From an uncultured virus (IMG/VR IMGVR_UViG_3300023174_000108) (Duplodnaviria; Heunggongvirae; Uroviricota; Caudoviricetes), in IMG/VR virus record IMGVR_UViG_3300023174_000108: a DNA stretch of 64,000 bases; one strand, written 5' to 3'. The notes beneath the pieces were generated by a model that was not told the DNA's origin, ran no database searches, and saw only the letters and a program-made list of their open reading frames with translations. This document shows positions 17,707 to 27,579 of this stretch, piece by piece. Within the stretch, counting starts at the first letter, position 1. Each line of letters opens with the position of its first letter. Position numbers and translations under genes: made by a program.

Positions 17707-19670
17707 TTTGCCTCTCCCCACTTTTGAACGACTGTTATATCTGCAACTAGGGGGATTGGAAGAAGTTTAATTCCTTCCATAGCCTCCTTGATGGCGGCTC
17801 TTGTTTCTTCAACAAGATGGTCTGGTGTCAAGGTCACAATTTCATCGTGAACGGTAAGTATTAACTTAGCGCCATCAGGAATCATGTCATGAGCCCGTAT
17901 CATAGCAAGCTTAATGATGTCTGCAGCAGACCCTTGGATACGAGTGTTAAAAGCCTGACGCTCAGCGCTGGCTCTAAAGCCAATCTGTCTTGAATTAATG
18001 TCAGGTAGGTAACGTCTGCGCTTCATGATGGTTGTTACATACCCCTTGTTACGGGATAGGCCAATAACCTTAGCGCGGTACTTGGCTACAGACGAAAACT
18101 TATCTGCAAAGTCTGTAAGTAAGCTCTTAGCCTCAGTAACTGAGCATCCAATAGAACGAGCAATTTTATCTGGGCCTACTCCATAAGCCATGGCTAGTAC
18201 TAGCACCTTTCCAGCCTTTCTATCTACGCCCATAGTTGTCCCTACAGTTGTATAGATGTCACCGCCGTCAAGGTAATTTTTAATCATAATTGGGTCTTCC
18301 GACATAGCCGCGATAACGCGTGGCTCAATCTGACTGTAGTCAGCCACTACCAACTTGTACCCCTCTGGTGCATAGAACAAGTTACGAATAGACTTACCGT
18401 GGTCTGTGTGAGGCGCTGGTACGTTCTGTAGATTTGGGTTACGACTAGAGAAACGACCTGTCTCCGCGCCCCACTGTACAAAGTCACCGTAGATGCGACC
18501 ATTAACTAGCATGGATTCTCTCATCTCTGTCTTTGATTTACCGCCTACAGTCTTTGTAACTTCGCCACCTAGGTAAGGAATCACATAAGTACTCAACAGT
18601 TTATTTAAATCAGCGTATGTGAGAAGGGCGTTTACTAACTCGTCCTTCTCACGATAGGGCTCAAGAGCCTCAGCCGACACTGAGTAGTCTTTGTAGTCAA
18701 GTTCGTTCTCATTTTTCTGAGAACCTTTACCAGTCAGTAATTGTGGGCGTAAACCTCGGCATCCTTCTGAGCGAGGACCGTAAAGGATATACTGCTTTTC
18801 ATTATTAGAGTTAATGTTAAAAGGCTGACCAGCAATACGGTAGATATTAGACTTGACCTCTTCAATTTCAATGATTAGCTTGTCATACAAAATCTTAAGC
18901 TCTTCCATATCAATTGGTGCCCCTGTCAGTTTCATATCACAAAGCACACGAAGAACATCCATCTCTAAGGTCATAACGCCATCTACATCGGATGCAGTTA
19001 ACTTTGGAACAAGCGCCTTCCACAATAGAAATGTATATTTTGAATCTAAATAAGAATACTTAGCGACCTCATTAAAAGAATACAACTCAACCTGATGACC
19101 GATACCTTTTTGCATAGAAAACCCAAGCTCACGCTGTAGACAATCATCTAGACCAAGCTTGCCCTTGTTCTTGTTGTCATATAAGAACGATGCCATAAGC
19201 GTGTCAAAGTATGGGCCTGATGGCACTTGGCCACCGTAGTACTTAGCAACAGAACTGAGGTCGAAAACAAGGTTGTGACCTATAGTTAATATACTATCGT
19301 TGAATAATAAAGGCTTTAACGCCTTAAATACCTCTGCTGGAAATAGCTGCTCTGGAGCATCACCAAATATCTTTATAGCTTTCTTTTTATCTCTTGAATA
19401 ATCTAACTCACGTGCAGGGAGCCCAGCGGCAACGCGCTTCTCACCTTGCCCTGTCAATGGAAAAGACTCAGATATAAACTCACCGTGTGGGTGTCCCATT
19501 GGAATTACATCACCACGGTCATGTGTTGCAAAACTAATCCAAAGTACCTCATTAACTGCAGGTATGCCTCTGCTATCGCCTACGGTCTCCACGTCAAAAG
19601 CAAAAGCATCTTGCTTAAGATAGTGAGCAACCATCTCATCTAATTGTTCTTTAGTCGTAATAATGTTCAA
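17703..19670 (-). CDS. polA: family A DNA polymerase with 3'-5' exonuclease domain
   Basis: FDVET, HNLVFD, YSYLD exo motifs; TGRFSSRNPNLQN, ADYSQIEPR, K...LAMAYG, IQGSAADIIK, TVHDEI; TTG start. Confidence 0.95.
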   Translation of the reverse strand: MNIITTKEQLDEMVAHYLKQDAFAFDVETVGDSRGIPAVNEVLWISFATHDRGDVIPMGHPHGEFISESFPLTGQGEKRVAAGLPARELDYSRDKKKAIKIFGDAPEQLFPAEVFKALKPLLFNDSILTIGHNLVFDLSSVAKYYGGQVPSGPYFDTLMASFLYDNKNKGKLGLDDCLQRELGFSMQKGIGHQVELYSFNEVAKYSYLDSKYTFLLWKALVPKLTASDVDGVMTLEMDVLRVLCDMKLTGAPIDMEELKILYDKLIIEIEEVKSNIYRIAGQPFNINSNNEKQYILYGPRSEGCRGLRPQLLTGKGSQKNENELDYKDYSVSAEALEPYREKDELVNALLTYADLNKLLSTYVIPYLGGEVTKTVGGKSKTEMRESMLVNGRIYGDFVQWGAETGRFSSRNPNLQNVPAPHTDHGKSIRNLFYAPEGYKLVVADYSQIEPRVIAAMSEDPIMIKNYLDGGDIYTTVGTTMGVDRKAGKVLVLAMAYGVGPDKIARSIGCSVTEAKSLLTDFADKFSSVAKYRAKVIGLSRNKGYVTTIMKRRRYLPDINSRQIGFRASAERQAFNTRIQGSAADIIKLAMIRAHDMIPDGAKLILTVHDEIVTLTPDHLVEETRAAIKEAMEGIKLLPIPLVADITVVQKWGEAK

Positions 19671-19688
19671 GTTATGTCCCCTGTGTGA

Positions 19689-19728
19689 GCTAAGGGGTCA
19701 AGTCGGGGATATGACCTGACCCCTTAGC
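19689..19728 (-). promoter_or_regulatory. strong hairpin between ssb and polA (attenuator or mRNA stabiliser)
   Basis: 12-bp perfect stem GCTAAGGGGTCA/TGACCCCTTAGC; no T tract. Confidence 0.55.
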
Positions 19729-19739
19729 AACCTATTGTT

Positions 19740-20411
19740 TTAGGAAAGTGAAGCAGCGACTGCTTCTAGTTCTTCCCATGTTGGCTCTTTAATAGCAGAG
19801 CGTTCAAACGGCACCATTGCAGCAATTGCTTTTTCAATCGCCTCTTCATCTGTAATGCCCCAGTCCTCAGCGAGGTCACGTGGCTTAACAGGGTTGATGT
19901 GGTACACAGTGGATTGCATTTTACCTGTACGACTAATCGCCCAGTAGTTCTTGGTTAGAGGACCTGCTGGTGAGAAGTGTGCGGCATGCAGTGACTTGTA
20001 TAGACGTGGACTTGCAATAAGCATTTGACGCTGTGGTCCGCCAGGTGCACTTAGATTTGCAACTGTGAACGCTTTTTTGTCTTCAGGCTTGCTTCCAAGC
20101 TTTACGCACAATGGGTCATTAGCACCAAGTGAAACGAATGAACGCTTACCACTTGTAATCTGTGACAAAAAGTGCTGCTTATAGATAGCAAATGGGCCAT
20201 CTTGGTCAAGGAACTTGATTACTTGGAACTCTCCATCGTTGAACTTAAACTCAACTGGATATCCGCCTGCTGGTGCAGATGCTTTATCTGCTGCTTCCCA
20301 ACCAGATTGAATTACTGAGCTTGTGCTCTGTGCTGGTCGGTCTGTAATTGGAGCACTGTTTGAGAACTCGTCGTTCTCTGGAAGGTACTCATCTGTTCTG
20401 TTTACTGCCAT
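19740..20411 (-). CDS. single-stranded DNA-binding protein (gp32-like)
   Basis: IKFLD..PF..YKQHF...DPLC...YWAISRTG pattern; adjacent to polA. Confidence 0.65.
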   Translation of the reverse strand: MAVNRTDEYLPENDEFSNSAPITDRPAQSTSSVIQSGWEAADKASAPAGGYPVEFKFNDGEFQVIKFLDQDGPFAIYKQHFLSQITSGKRSFVSLGANDPLCVKLGSKPEDKKAFTVANLSAPGGPQRQMLIASPRLYKSLHAAHFSPAGPLTKNYWAISRTGKMQSTVYHINPVKPRDLAEDWGITDEEAIEKAIAAMVPFERSAIKEPTWEELEAVAASLS

Positions 20412-20430
20412 TTTTTATCATCCTTTTATT

Positions 20431-20904
20431 TTAGTTTGTTTTATTTTCTGTTGCTCGGATGTCATTCCAAGCCTCGGCAATCTTATTACTAAGTTGTCGG
20501 TGTAGCGACCATTCTACACGTTTTGTGTGAAGAACGCCAGCCGAACGAAATAACTCAATTGTCGACTCCACCATGGCCCTAGAGTACAAACGTCGGCCTT
20601 GGTGGTCCTCCCCATTAATATTTTTCTTAGTGGGTAGGCGGTACGGTGATGCAGGTAAGTAGCCCTCTTTAATCCACGTGCGGATAGTTATTACGGGGCG
20701 GCCTAACGCTGCTGCAAGCGCACCAATAGAAAACAACTCAACTTCATTCCCGTTAGGCAGAGTCTTCTTAGTTGGTTTGGCATCCCAAGATAAGTCAGGT
20801 TCTATCTCTGGCTTCTTGGGGACGGATACCTTGCGCTTGCGCTTACTGTTTGGATAGTACTCATCCAAATCAGAAAGAATAGAATCAATAAAATCTTCTG
20901 ACAT
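20431..20904 (-). CDS. MerR-type helix-turn-helix DNA-binding protein
   Basis: FSIGALAAALGRPVITIRTWIKEGYLP...RRLYS. Confidence 0.75.
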   Translation of the reverse strand: MSEDFIDSILSDLDEYYPNSKRKRKVSVPKKPEIEPDLSWDAKPTKKTLPNGNEVELFSIGALAAALGRPVITIRTWIKEGYLPASPYRLPTKKNINGEDHQGRRLYSRAMVESTIELFRSAGVLHTKRVEWSLHRQLSNKIAEAWNDIRATENKTN

Positions 20905-21305
20905 TACTTATCCAATAAGAATGCGTAAACAATTTTAGATGGGAACATTGCATCAATATCTTCTTCAGTTAAATAGTTTTCATAAAATGCTGCCATAATT
21001 TCAGCCTCATCAATTGTAGGAATCATTTTAATACACTGGTCTTTGATGCCTTTTTTAGTAAGTATCTCTTCAGCAATTTGCATGTCAAGGTTCTTAAAAA
21101 CTTTACGCTGACGAGTAAGAGTTACATTACCCAAAGCGTCGTCTTCTACAATTAAAACACGGTGACCTCGGTCGTCTGCTTCAACAGAATCAACAACTTC
21201 AATTAAACGTTTTTTAATTTCGTTCTGTCGTTTTGTAATCATGTCAAGCTCATCTTTAAGCATGAGGTATTGACGAATATTATTCTTAAGTTCTTTGTCT
21301 TCCAC
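20904..21305 (-). CDS. hypothetical protein with N-terminal coiled coil
   Basis: GTG start with AGGGGG RBS; TAATG coupling. Confidence 0.65.
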   Translation of the reverse strand: MEDKELKNNIRQYLMLKDELDMITKRQNEIKKRLIEVVDSVEADDRGHRVLIVEDDALGNVTLTRQRKVFKNLDMQIAEEILTKKGIKDQCIKMIPTIDEAEIMAAFYENYLTEEDIDAMFPSKIVYAFLLDK

Positions 21306-21339
21306 GGTATCCCCCTTGGTTAGGGGATTAACCTATGCC

Positions 21340-21501
21340 CTACTTAGAGGCGCTGTCAACCTCAGCAATGTAATCTTCCAAAGCTTTGATAATAATGCTA
21401 GTGACTGTAACGCCCTCTTTGGCTGCCTTCTTCTGGACAGCAAGCCATAGGTCGTCAGGTACGCGGATAGTACGCGTAGGTGTTTTAGGCGCGTTAGGCA
21501 T
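21340..21501 (-). CDS. ribbon-helix-helix DNA-binding protein
   Basis: PKTPTRTIRVPDDLW.A...KA..EG.TVT.II..AL..Y; TATACT-N6-ATG leaderless start. Confidence 0.8.
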   Translation of the reverse strand: MPNAPKTPTRTIRVPDDLWLAVQKKAAKEGVTVTSIIIKALEDYIAEVDSASK

Positions 21502-21543
21502 TAAATAAGTATACCTGCCCAACGATTATCGTTGGGTGTAAAG

Positions 21544-21615
21544 CTCTCCCCCAAGGACTCGAACCTCGATAGGCGGAACCAGAATCCGCAGTCTTGCCAA
21601 TTAGACGAAGGGAGA
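21544..21615 (-). tRNA. tRNA-Gln (CTG), CCA not encoded
   Basis: Cloverleaf: TCTCCCT/GGGGAGA acceptor, GCGGA-TTCTGGT-TCCGC anticodon arm, GGTTCGAGTCC T-arm. Confidence 0.92.
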
Positions 21616-21616
21616 T

Positions 21617-21692
21617 TGGCTGCCCCACCTGGGCTCGAACCAGGGACACTCGCATTAACAGTGCGATGCTCTGCCAACTGAGCTATGGGGCA
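21617..21692 (-). tRNA. tRNA-Asn (GTT), CCA encoded
   Basis: TGCCCCA/TGGGGCA acceptor, TCGCA-CTGTTAA-TGCGA anticodon arm, GGTTCGAGCCC T-arm, GCCA end. Confidence 0.95.
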
Positions 21693-23282
21693 TTAAATAA
21701 TTGCTGAAGCTAGGAACTGCTTAAGGCCCCCAACACTCAAAGGCACTCCACCATCTTTATCCATACCTTCCCCATCAATAATAGCATTTGCTATTGAGCT
21801 CTTCTGTTGCAGAGACTCGTGTTGCCGTACCTCTATAGAACCTTCAATTAATAAATCTTGAATTACAATTGAGGGCCAGGTTGAGGACGCTCTTCTGATT
21901 CGCCCGTTTCTTTGGACCGCAGCCCCCGAAGACCAGGGAAGGTCGTAGTTAACAAGTAAGTTAGCCGCTGGTAAATCAACACCATACCCGCCAGCATCGG
22001 AAGAAATAAGAACACGAATAGCAGGGTCAGTGTTAAAAGCAATTTTGTTCTCCTCTTTAGTTTTGGCGTCTAGCTTACCTGAATATAAACGGCATTGGTC
22101 GGGACCAAGCGCATCAGATAGTTTGTCAAGCATGTCAACATAGGTAGCAAAAATAACTACTTTGTTCGCCTCGTCTTGCTCAAGAAACTCTTTAACATAC
22201 TGAACCGTATAGTCCAGTTTAGGTGAACTATTAATGCCGTCAAGAGCACCAGAATCAACCAGTTCATTTGCGTATGAGGACCCTTCTCCAGATTGTAATT
22301 TAAATTTAACTGCGCTACTACGAAGAAGGTCTGGGTGTGAGCAGAGCATCTTTAGTGAGCCAATCTTAGACATAATCTTACCGCGCATCTCATCCTCAGG
22401 CCCGCCGCGTTGCGAAGCGTACCCGTAATGCGCCATTACATTAAAGCCTGAGCCAAACAAAGCTTGAGCTTCATCTAAATCAAATAGTAAATCTCCAGCA
22501 ATGCGGGTATATAACTTAGAGCACTTACGGTCAAAGCTAATTTTAATAGGCTCTTTATGAATAGTGTCTGGAAGATACGGAGCTACGTCTTCGTCTTTCT
22601 GCGCTTTACGCACAGAAGCCTCTTTCATCTTTGTGTGAAGGGTGTCAAGATTACGGTAGTACTGCGGAGCTCCCCAAGAGTTTCTTACAATAAAAGCAGA
22701 GTCAAAGATGTCAAACCTACCAAGTACGTTGGCGTCGACAAACTGCATAATAGAATAAAGCTCTTCAGGCTTGCCATTTTCAATAGGGGTACCTGTGAGC
22801 GCAAACCTGAACGGTGCATTGATTAACCTCTTTACGGCTTTGGAACGTTTTGACTTGAACGATTTGATAGCTGTTGCTTCGTCGAGCACCACGAAGCCTC
22901 TTGGGAGGTGTCGTACTTTGTCCCAGTCGTTAACAATTTGCTCATAGTTAAGGATAATGTAATCAACCCCCGTGTTCCGCCAATCAAACGCCTGTTCGTA
23001 TTGCTCTGCGCGTTTGTTCGGCGTACCATCAATAACCAAAGCTTTTGAAGTTCCATCTGTAAATTTCTCAATCTGATTAGCCCATTGATACTTCAATGAA
23101 GATAAACAGATTATAAGACCTGGCTCTTTAATTTTGTTCTCATCCATAAGACGTTCTAAAGCGGCAATGGTAATAACCGTCTTGCCTAAACCAAGGTCAT
23201 AGGCCACCAACATCTTACTGCGCTCGCACATGCGGTCCACAGCCTCTGGTTGATACGGAAGTAGGGTGCCAGTAAAGGTCAC
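21693..23282 (-). CDS. SNF2-family (SF2) helicase
   Basis: LLPYQ, DLGLGKT, LDEA, LTGTPIEN, GGYGVDL, YDLPWS, QRNGRIRR. Confidence 0.92.
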   Translation of the reverse strand: MTFTGTLLPYQPEAVDRMCERSKMLVAYDLGLGKTVITIAALERLMDENKIKEPGLIICLSSLKYQWANQIEKFTDGTSKALVIDGTPNKRAEQYEQAFDWRNTGVDYIILNYEQIVNDWDKVRHLPRGFVVLDEATAIKSFKSKRSKAVKRLINAPFRFALTGTPIENGKPEELYSIMQFVDANVLGRFDIFDSAFIVRNSWGAPQYYRNLDTLHTKMKEASVRKAQKDEDVAPYLPDTIHKEPIKISFDRKCSKLYTRIAGDLLFDLDEAQALFGSGFNVMAHYGYASQRGGPEDEMRGKIMSKIGSLKMLCSHPDLLRSSAVKFKLQSGEGSSYANELVDSGALDGINSSPKLDYTVQYVKEFLEQDEANKVVIFATYVDMLDKLSDALGPDQCRLYSGKLDAKTKEENKIAFNTDPAIRVLISSDAGGYGVDLPAANLLVNYDLPWSSGAAVQRNGRIRRASSTWPSIVIQDLLIEGSIEVRQHESLQQKSSIANAIIDGEGMDKDGGVPLSVGGLKQFLASAII

Positions 23283-23500
23283 TCTTCACGCCTCCAGTGA
23301 ATGAAAGATTTAATGTATACGGCAGCATAAGCTACGGCTGAAAATATAAAGCCATACTGCTTAGTAATAAGGGCATATGTAATCCATAATATTTCGTTAA
23401 AGCAAAGAACTATCCAGCCCCATATAGTCTTACGACCAACAAAGTAAATACCAGCCACACCTATTACGGCTAGTAACCAAGACCAGTATTGCTCTTTCAT
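23279..23500 (-). CDS. small three-helix membrane protein, PnuC/SemiSWEET-like
   Basis: 73 aa, three hydrophobic segments, WGW...NEILW...QYG pattern. Confidence 0.55.
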   Translation of the reverse strand: MKEQYWSWLLAVIGVAGIYFVGRKTIWGWIVLCFNEILWITYALITKQYGFIFSAVAYAAVYIKSFIHWRREE

Positions 23501-24027
23501 ACTAGAGCCCTCATCCTTACAGAAAGAGACTGTCTTAAGTCCTCTATAGAACCTGCGTTGAAAAAGGTTTGGTCATATCTCCAATCATCCATGGCAGTCT
23601 CTGATTCGTGTAAATTAACAGCATCTACTCCAGGCCTGACTATTCTCCACACTTGAGAGGGAGCAAGACGTTTGATAGCAACCGCTTCGTTAGGGAATCT
23701 AACATCAGTAATAACAAAATCGTTTTTAAAGTCAACTTTATTTAAAGCTTGTGCTACCCAAAAGTCATCACCAAAAGTTTTGCGAGCCCCTACGCCCAAA
23801 GTTTGCAATAGGTTGCGAAGCTCTGGGTATTCAACTTTTGCCCTGTCCCACCCAAAAGCGTCAACAACCCCTTGAACCCTGTAACCATCTTTAACTAGAG
23901 GATTCATCTCATACAATAAATCTCTTATAGGGTCAGCAAAAGCAATACGTGTAAAGCCAAACTCAGATAGGTAATTAGCTACCGTGTCTTTTCCAGACTG
24001 AGCGTACCCCGCTAATCCAATAATCAT
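23497..24027 (-). CDS. deoxynucleoside monophosphate kinase
   Basis: IIGLAGYAQSGKDT, AFADPIR, R.LLQ.LG, ITDVRFPNE, HESE. Confidence 0.9.
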   Translation of the reverse strand: MIIGLAGYAQSGKDTVANYLSEFGFTRIAFADPIRDLLYEMNPLVKDGYRVQGVVDAFGWDRAKVEYPELRNLLQTLGVGARKTFGDDFWVAQALNKVDFKNDFVITDVRFPNEAVAIKRLAPSQVWRIVRPGVDAVNLHESETAMDDWRYDQTFFNAGSIEDLRQSLSVRMRALV

Positions 24028-24950
24028 TTTGACACCCCTCTAAGAATATGACGAGCAGTCGATAAACCAGTCAGTGCCTCTGACCTGCTCATACCGCCTA
24101 CGTCTTTTAAATCAATACCGTTGTAATTGAAGAACCAGCACTCTACACCCATTTGCTCACACATTTCTAGTAGAGCCTGTGATGAGGCGCGCCCCGCGTC
24201 GTCATTGTCCATAGCAAAAATAATCCTATCGGCGCCACGTATGAGATTGAATTGAGCAGAGGACACTATGGCTCCATAGGTCGCAACCGCTCCATCAATA
24301 CCGATAGAACTAAGACGAACAACGTCTAGGGGAGACTCGACGACAATCATGTCTCCGCCTTTATAATGCTCGTACCCAAATAAACTTATGCTCTTCTTTA
24401 TCTTTGCAGGCTTATTATTAAAGTAACGATGAGAGAAGCCCTTCTCTTGCCATCCTAATAAAGTGTTATTGATTGGCTCTCTAATTGGAATAATCCAGTT
24501 ACCAGCGCGCTCGTCCCATAAAATACCGTACTTAGCCGCGCTCTTTGTGGATAACCCGCGAACCTCAAGCGGATACTCTGGAACCTGCGTGTAGGCAGAT
24601 AGCATTGATTCGGTAACAACTGTTATGTCCTCAATAGGTTTGCGCTTTATTGCATTTGTTAATCTACTAAAACGAGCAGTAAGGCTAGCGGCAGAGCCTA
24701 ACCAATCCCCAACCTTTGTATACTCGATATCTTGGATGTAACTAACCAATGTATATAAGTTGCCCTTCCAACCACAGGAGAAGCATATGAAGGCTCCTGA
24801 GTCCGCATTAATCCACCATGAAGGGTTATGGTCAACATGGCCTGTACGCTGCTCATGAGCCGCGCAGTAGCCGTTAATCTCGTATCCGCGGGTATCTAAT
24901 ACCTCAACTCCAAGACGAGATAACGTATCTGTCATCTCTTCGATTGTCAT
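24024..24950 (-). CDS. dnaG: DNA primase (zinc finger + TOPRIM)
   Basis: CxxH...CFSCG zinc finger, VVES..D, MDNDDAG, KD.G. Confidence 0.88.
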   Translation of the reverse strand: MTIEEMTDTLSRLGVEVLDTRGYEINGYCAAHEQRTGHVDHNPSWWINADSGAFICFSCGWKGNLYTLVSYIQDIEYTKVGDWLGSAASLTARFSRLTNAIKRKPIEDITVVTESMLSAYTQVPEYPLEVRGLSTKSAAKYGILWDERAGNWIIPIREPINNTLLGWQEKGFSHRYFNNKPAKIKKSISLFGYEHYKGGDMIVVESPLDVVRLSSIGIDGAVATYGAIVSSAQFNLIRGADRIIFAMDNDDAGRASSQALLEMCEQMGVECWFFNYNGIDLKDVGGMSRSEALTGLSTARHILRGVSK

Positions 24951-26173
24951 AGGTCATCATCACTAATCTCGCGGAAGTAACCTGTGTTCCAATCCCACAT
25001 CAAAGATACTTCACTAAGTCCACCGTTACGGCTAGCGACTACACGAAGCAGGCGGGTGTCATCTACGTTCTCGTCTTCTCGCTGTAGACCAAAGATAACG
25101 TCAGCATCTTGGTGGAATGAAGATGAGTAACCAATAGAGTCAGCAGTTACTTGACCCTTCTTCATTTTCCAAGTAAGAGCCTGTGTAGAGATAACGATTG
25201 GCTTGTTAATCTTCTGAGCTAAACGTTTTAAAGAACGAGTTATGTTAGTAATTGCCTGTGGTGTATTTGACTCACCACTCTGCTCATCAATCATAAGATA
25301 AGTGCCGTCAATAAATACAATGTCTGGGTTCTTGCTTTGCACCTTGCTTGCCACAGCCCCTACTGTTTGACCGCCTGATGAGTCTACAAACCAAAAACGG
25401 TCACTCATCTGTTCAATGCTTTCAACAAGTTTAAAGTAACGAGCCTCTTCATCCGCGGCCAAAGTACCTGTCATAAGTCTGCGGTGTGAGATTCTAGAAC
25501 GCATAGCGTAGTAACGGCTTTTCTGCTCAGCGTTACTCATTTCAAAAGACATAAACATAGGAACCTTGCCAATAAGGTGAGCGTTCAAAGCAATCTGCAA
25601 AGCAAGAGTTGATTTACCAGTCTTTGGCGGAGCCACAATAACAATTAGCTGACCGCCTTGTAATCCTGAAGTTGCCTCATCCATTGTAGGAAAACCAGTA
25701 GGAATACCTAAAAGACCTGGGTTTGCCTTTCTAAACTCATACTCTTCCTTGGCTCTCTTAACAGCCTCAGTAATTTCTAAGTCGTTAGAACGATTTAACC
25801 CTGACTCTTCTAACTTTATAAGTCCACGTTCGATAGCAGTAAGCGCACCCTCATGGTCTTGGTCTTTCTCAATAGAATCTAAAGCCTCACCGATTGTATG
25901 GATGATGGCAACTTTTCTACGGTTCTCAACTAACTTATCAAGAAGGTAATGAATATTGTCTTGAACATCTAACAGCTGATAAGTAGGGAAATTCTCAACT
26001 ACAACGTCAAGGCTTGGGCACTCTTGATAATTTGTATAGTGTGCATGTAAAAATCTAAATATCTTTTTATCTGCAGCATCTGCAAACCAGTTTTCGTTCA
26101 CACTGCTTTCAAGAGCCAGGCCAATATTACGGTCAGCAATTATCTTGCTTATTAACCTTGCTTCGTTATTCAT
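24947..26173 (-). CDS. dnaB: replicative DNA helicase (DnaB-like)
   Basis: GIPTGF, APPKTGKS, SFEMS, FIDG, ISTQ, QDAD. Confidence 0.92.
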   Translation of the reverse strand: MNNEARLISKIIADRNIGLALESSVNENWFADAADKKIFRFLHAHYTNYQECPSLDVVVENFPTYQLLDVQDNIHYLLDKLVENRRKVAIIHTIGEALDSIEKDQDHEGALTAIERGLIKLEESGLNRSNDLEITEAVKRAKEEYEFRKANPGLLGIPTGFPTMDEATSGLQGGQLIVIVAPPKTGKSTLALQIALNAHLIGKVPMFMSFEMSNAEQKSRYYAMRSRISHRRLMTGTLAADEEARYFKLVESIEQMSDRFWFVDSSGGQTVGAVASKVQSKNPDIVFIDGTYLMIDEQSGESNTPQAITNITRSLKRLAQKINKPIVISTQALTWKMKKGQVTADSIGYSSSFHQDADVIFGLQREDENVDDTRLLRVVASRNGGLSEVSLMWDWNTGYFREISDDDL

Positions 26174-26577
26174 AGCGCAGTGAAATCCAATCCCCAGTGA
26201 CCGTATCGTAGTAATCGAGTAGGTATGTCTAGCACACCTATGACCTCAGGTCTATACGGAAGTTCAGCAACCAACTGCTCAAACCTATCGTACGATGTGC
26301 AGTATCTAAATGGATTAGTACCCATCTTGTCAAGCACAAGCATGACCTCGTCAAGTTCTTCTTCAGACAAATCAAATGACACAAGCTCAAGAGTTACCCC
26401 ACGCTTGTTTGTTAATAGAAACAGGTAACTTAATATTTCCCGTCTAGTAGTTTTATTAACTTTGACAACAGGGAATACTTTAAATTTCTTTTTTACAATT
26501 CGCTCTACATTTAAGAATACGTCGGCTACTACTATTATTCTTTGTGGGAGCTCATTACTGATATCTCCCTTGAGCAT
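26170..26577 (-). CDS. hypothetical protein, possibly degenerate HAD-like fold
   Basis: Coupled at both ends within the replication operon; alternating beta/alpha pattern. Confidence 0.55.
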   Translation of the reverse strand: MLKGDISNELPQRIIVVADVFLNVERIVKKKFKVFPVVKVNKTTRREILSYLFLLTNKRGVTLELVSFDLSEEELDEVMLVLDKMGTNPFRYCTSYDRFEQLVAELPYRPEVIGVLDIPTRLLRYGHWGLDFTAL

Positions 26578-26894
26578 TAGTAGACCTCTATTTTTCCAAA
26601 CTTAATAACGAACTCTCGAAAGTTGTCGTTAGACTCTTTAGCTTTTAAAGCGTCATCACGTGTAGCACGACTTGAGATTTCCAAAGGATAGTTTCCCTTG
26701 TTGCTGTCTATCCTAGCCTGTACAAACTTAGTATGCTTACATGTGTGTCGTCCGCGAAACCCAGGGCATGTGCAAAATAAATTTCCTGGGTCGTCCGCAG
26801 TAACTTCAAATATCCCAGGTCCAGGTGTTTGCGCTTGACTTAGAAATACTTGAACAAGACGATTGCTAGTATCACTCATGTTTCGTTCTTTCAT
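26577..26894 (-). CDS. SWIM zinc-finger protein
   Basis: CTCPGF....CKH. Confidence 0.8.
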   Translation of the reverse strand: MKERNMSDTSNRLVQVFLSQAQTPGPGIFEVTADDPGNLFCTCPGFRGRHTCKHTKFVQARIDSNKGNYPLEISSRATRDDALKAKESNDNFREFVIKFGKIEVY

Positions 26895-27579
26895 CGGCGT
26901 AGGTCCCCACGTTTAGAAGTAATAGGAAGGTAGCCAAAGGCTTCATTCGCAAAGCTTTCTGTAGCGTCACCGTATAGACCTGCCCAATCCTCTAACTCAA
27001 TGTTAGTGGTAACAATGGTAGGCAATCCATTGTTGAATCTGGTACGTAAAACGTGATGCAACATATTTTTTTGCCAACCGCTTAGGCTGGCGTGTTCCTT
27101 GCCAATATCGTCTATAACCAGGATTCTGATGTTATAGGCGTCATTTCGGCACTCCCCGAGCATACCTGTGAAAATAACCTCTTGGTCATCGGTTGGGCCG
27201 TCCATCATGGCGCCCTTTAAATCTAGGACATCATTAAAGGTGGCAAAATAGCAAGGCCTAATCAAAGGCCCGTTATCTTTAACATCAAAAGCGTCAAGGG
27301 GGAATGTAGACATTACTTCTTGTATCACGGACAACGCCAGAGTGGTTTTGCCATGCCCTGGTGTTCCCCAAAACATAAGACCTTTACCGCAACCTTTTGA
27401 ACCTACTGCCCTAATTACTTTTTTATTCTTAACTGTATCTAACCATTTTCTAATCTGAGTTAAATCCTTATCATCAACCTCAATGCAGTCTTCTAAAGTC
27501 CACCCAAGACGCGCAGTTGGGATGTTAGCCATCTGAACCCATGAGCGACGACGAATCTTTAGCTCATCAAGTTTAAACA
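26891..27579 (-). CDS. DnaC/IstB-like AAA+ helicase loader
   Basis: GTPGHGKT, LVIDDIGKE, R....PTIVTTN; probable start at MFKLDEL (approximate). Confidence 0.85.

Noticed and set aside
2951..26173. Inteins or introns in nrdJ, recA, polA or dnaB
   Set aside because: All have ordinary lengths, continuous motifs and no intein splice-junction or homing endonuclease motifs
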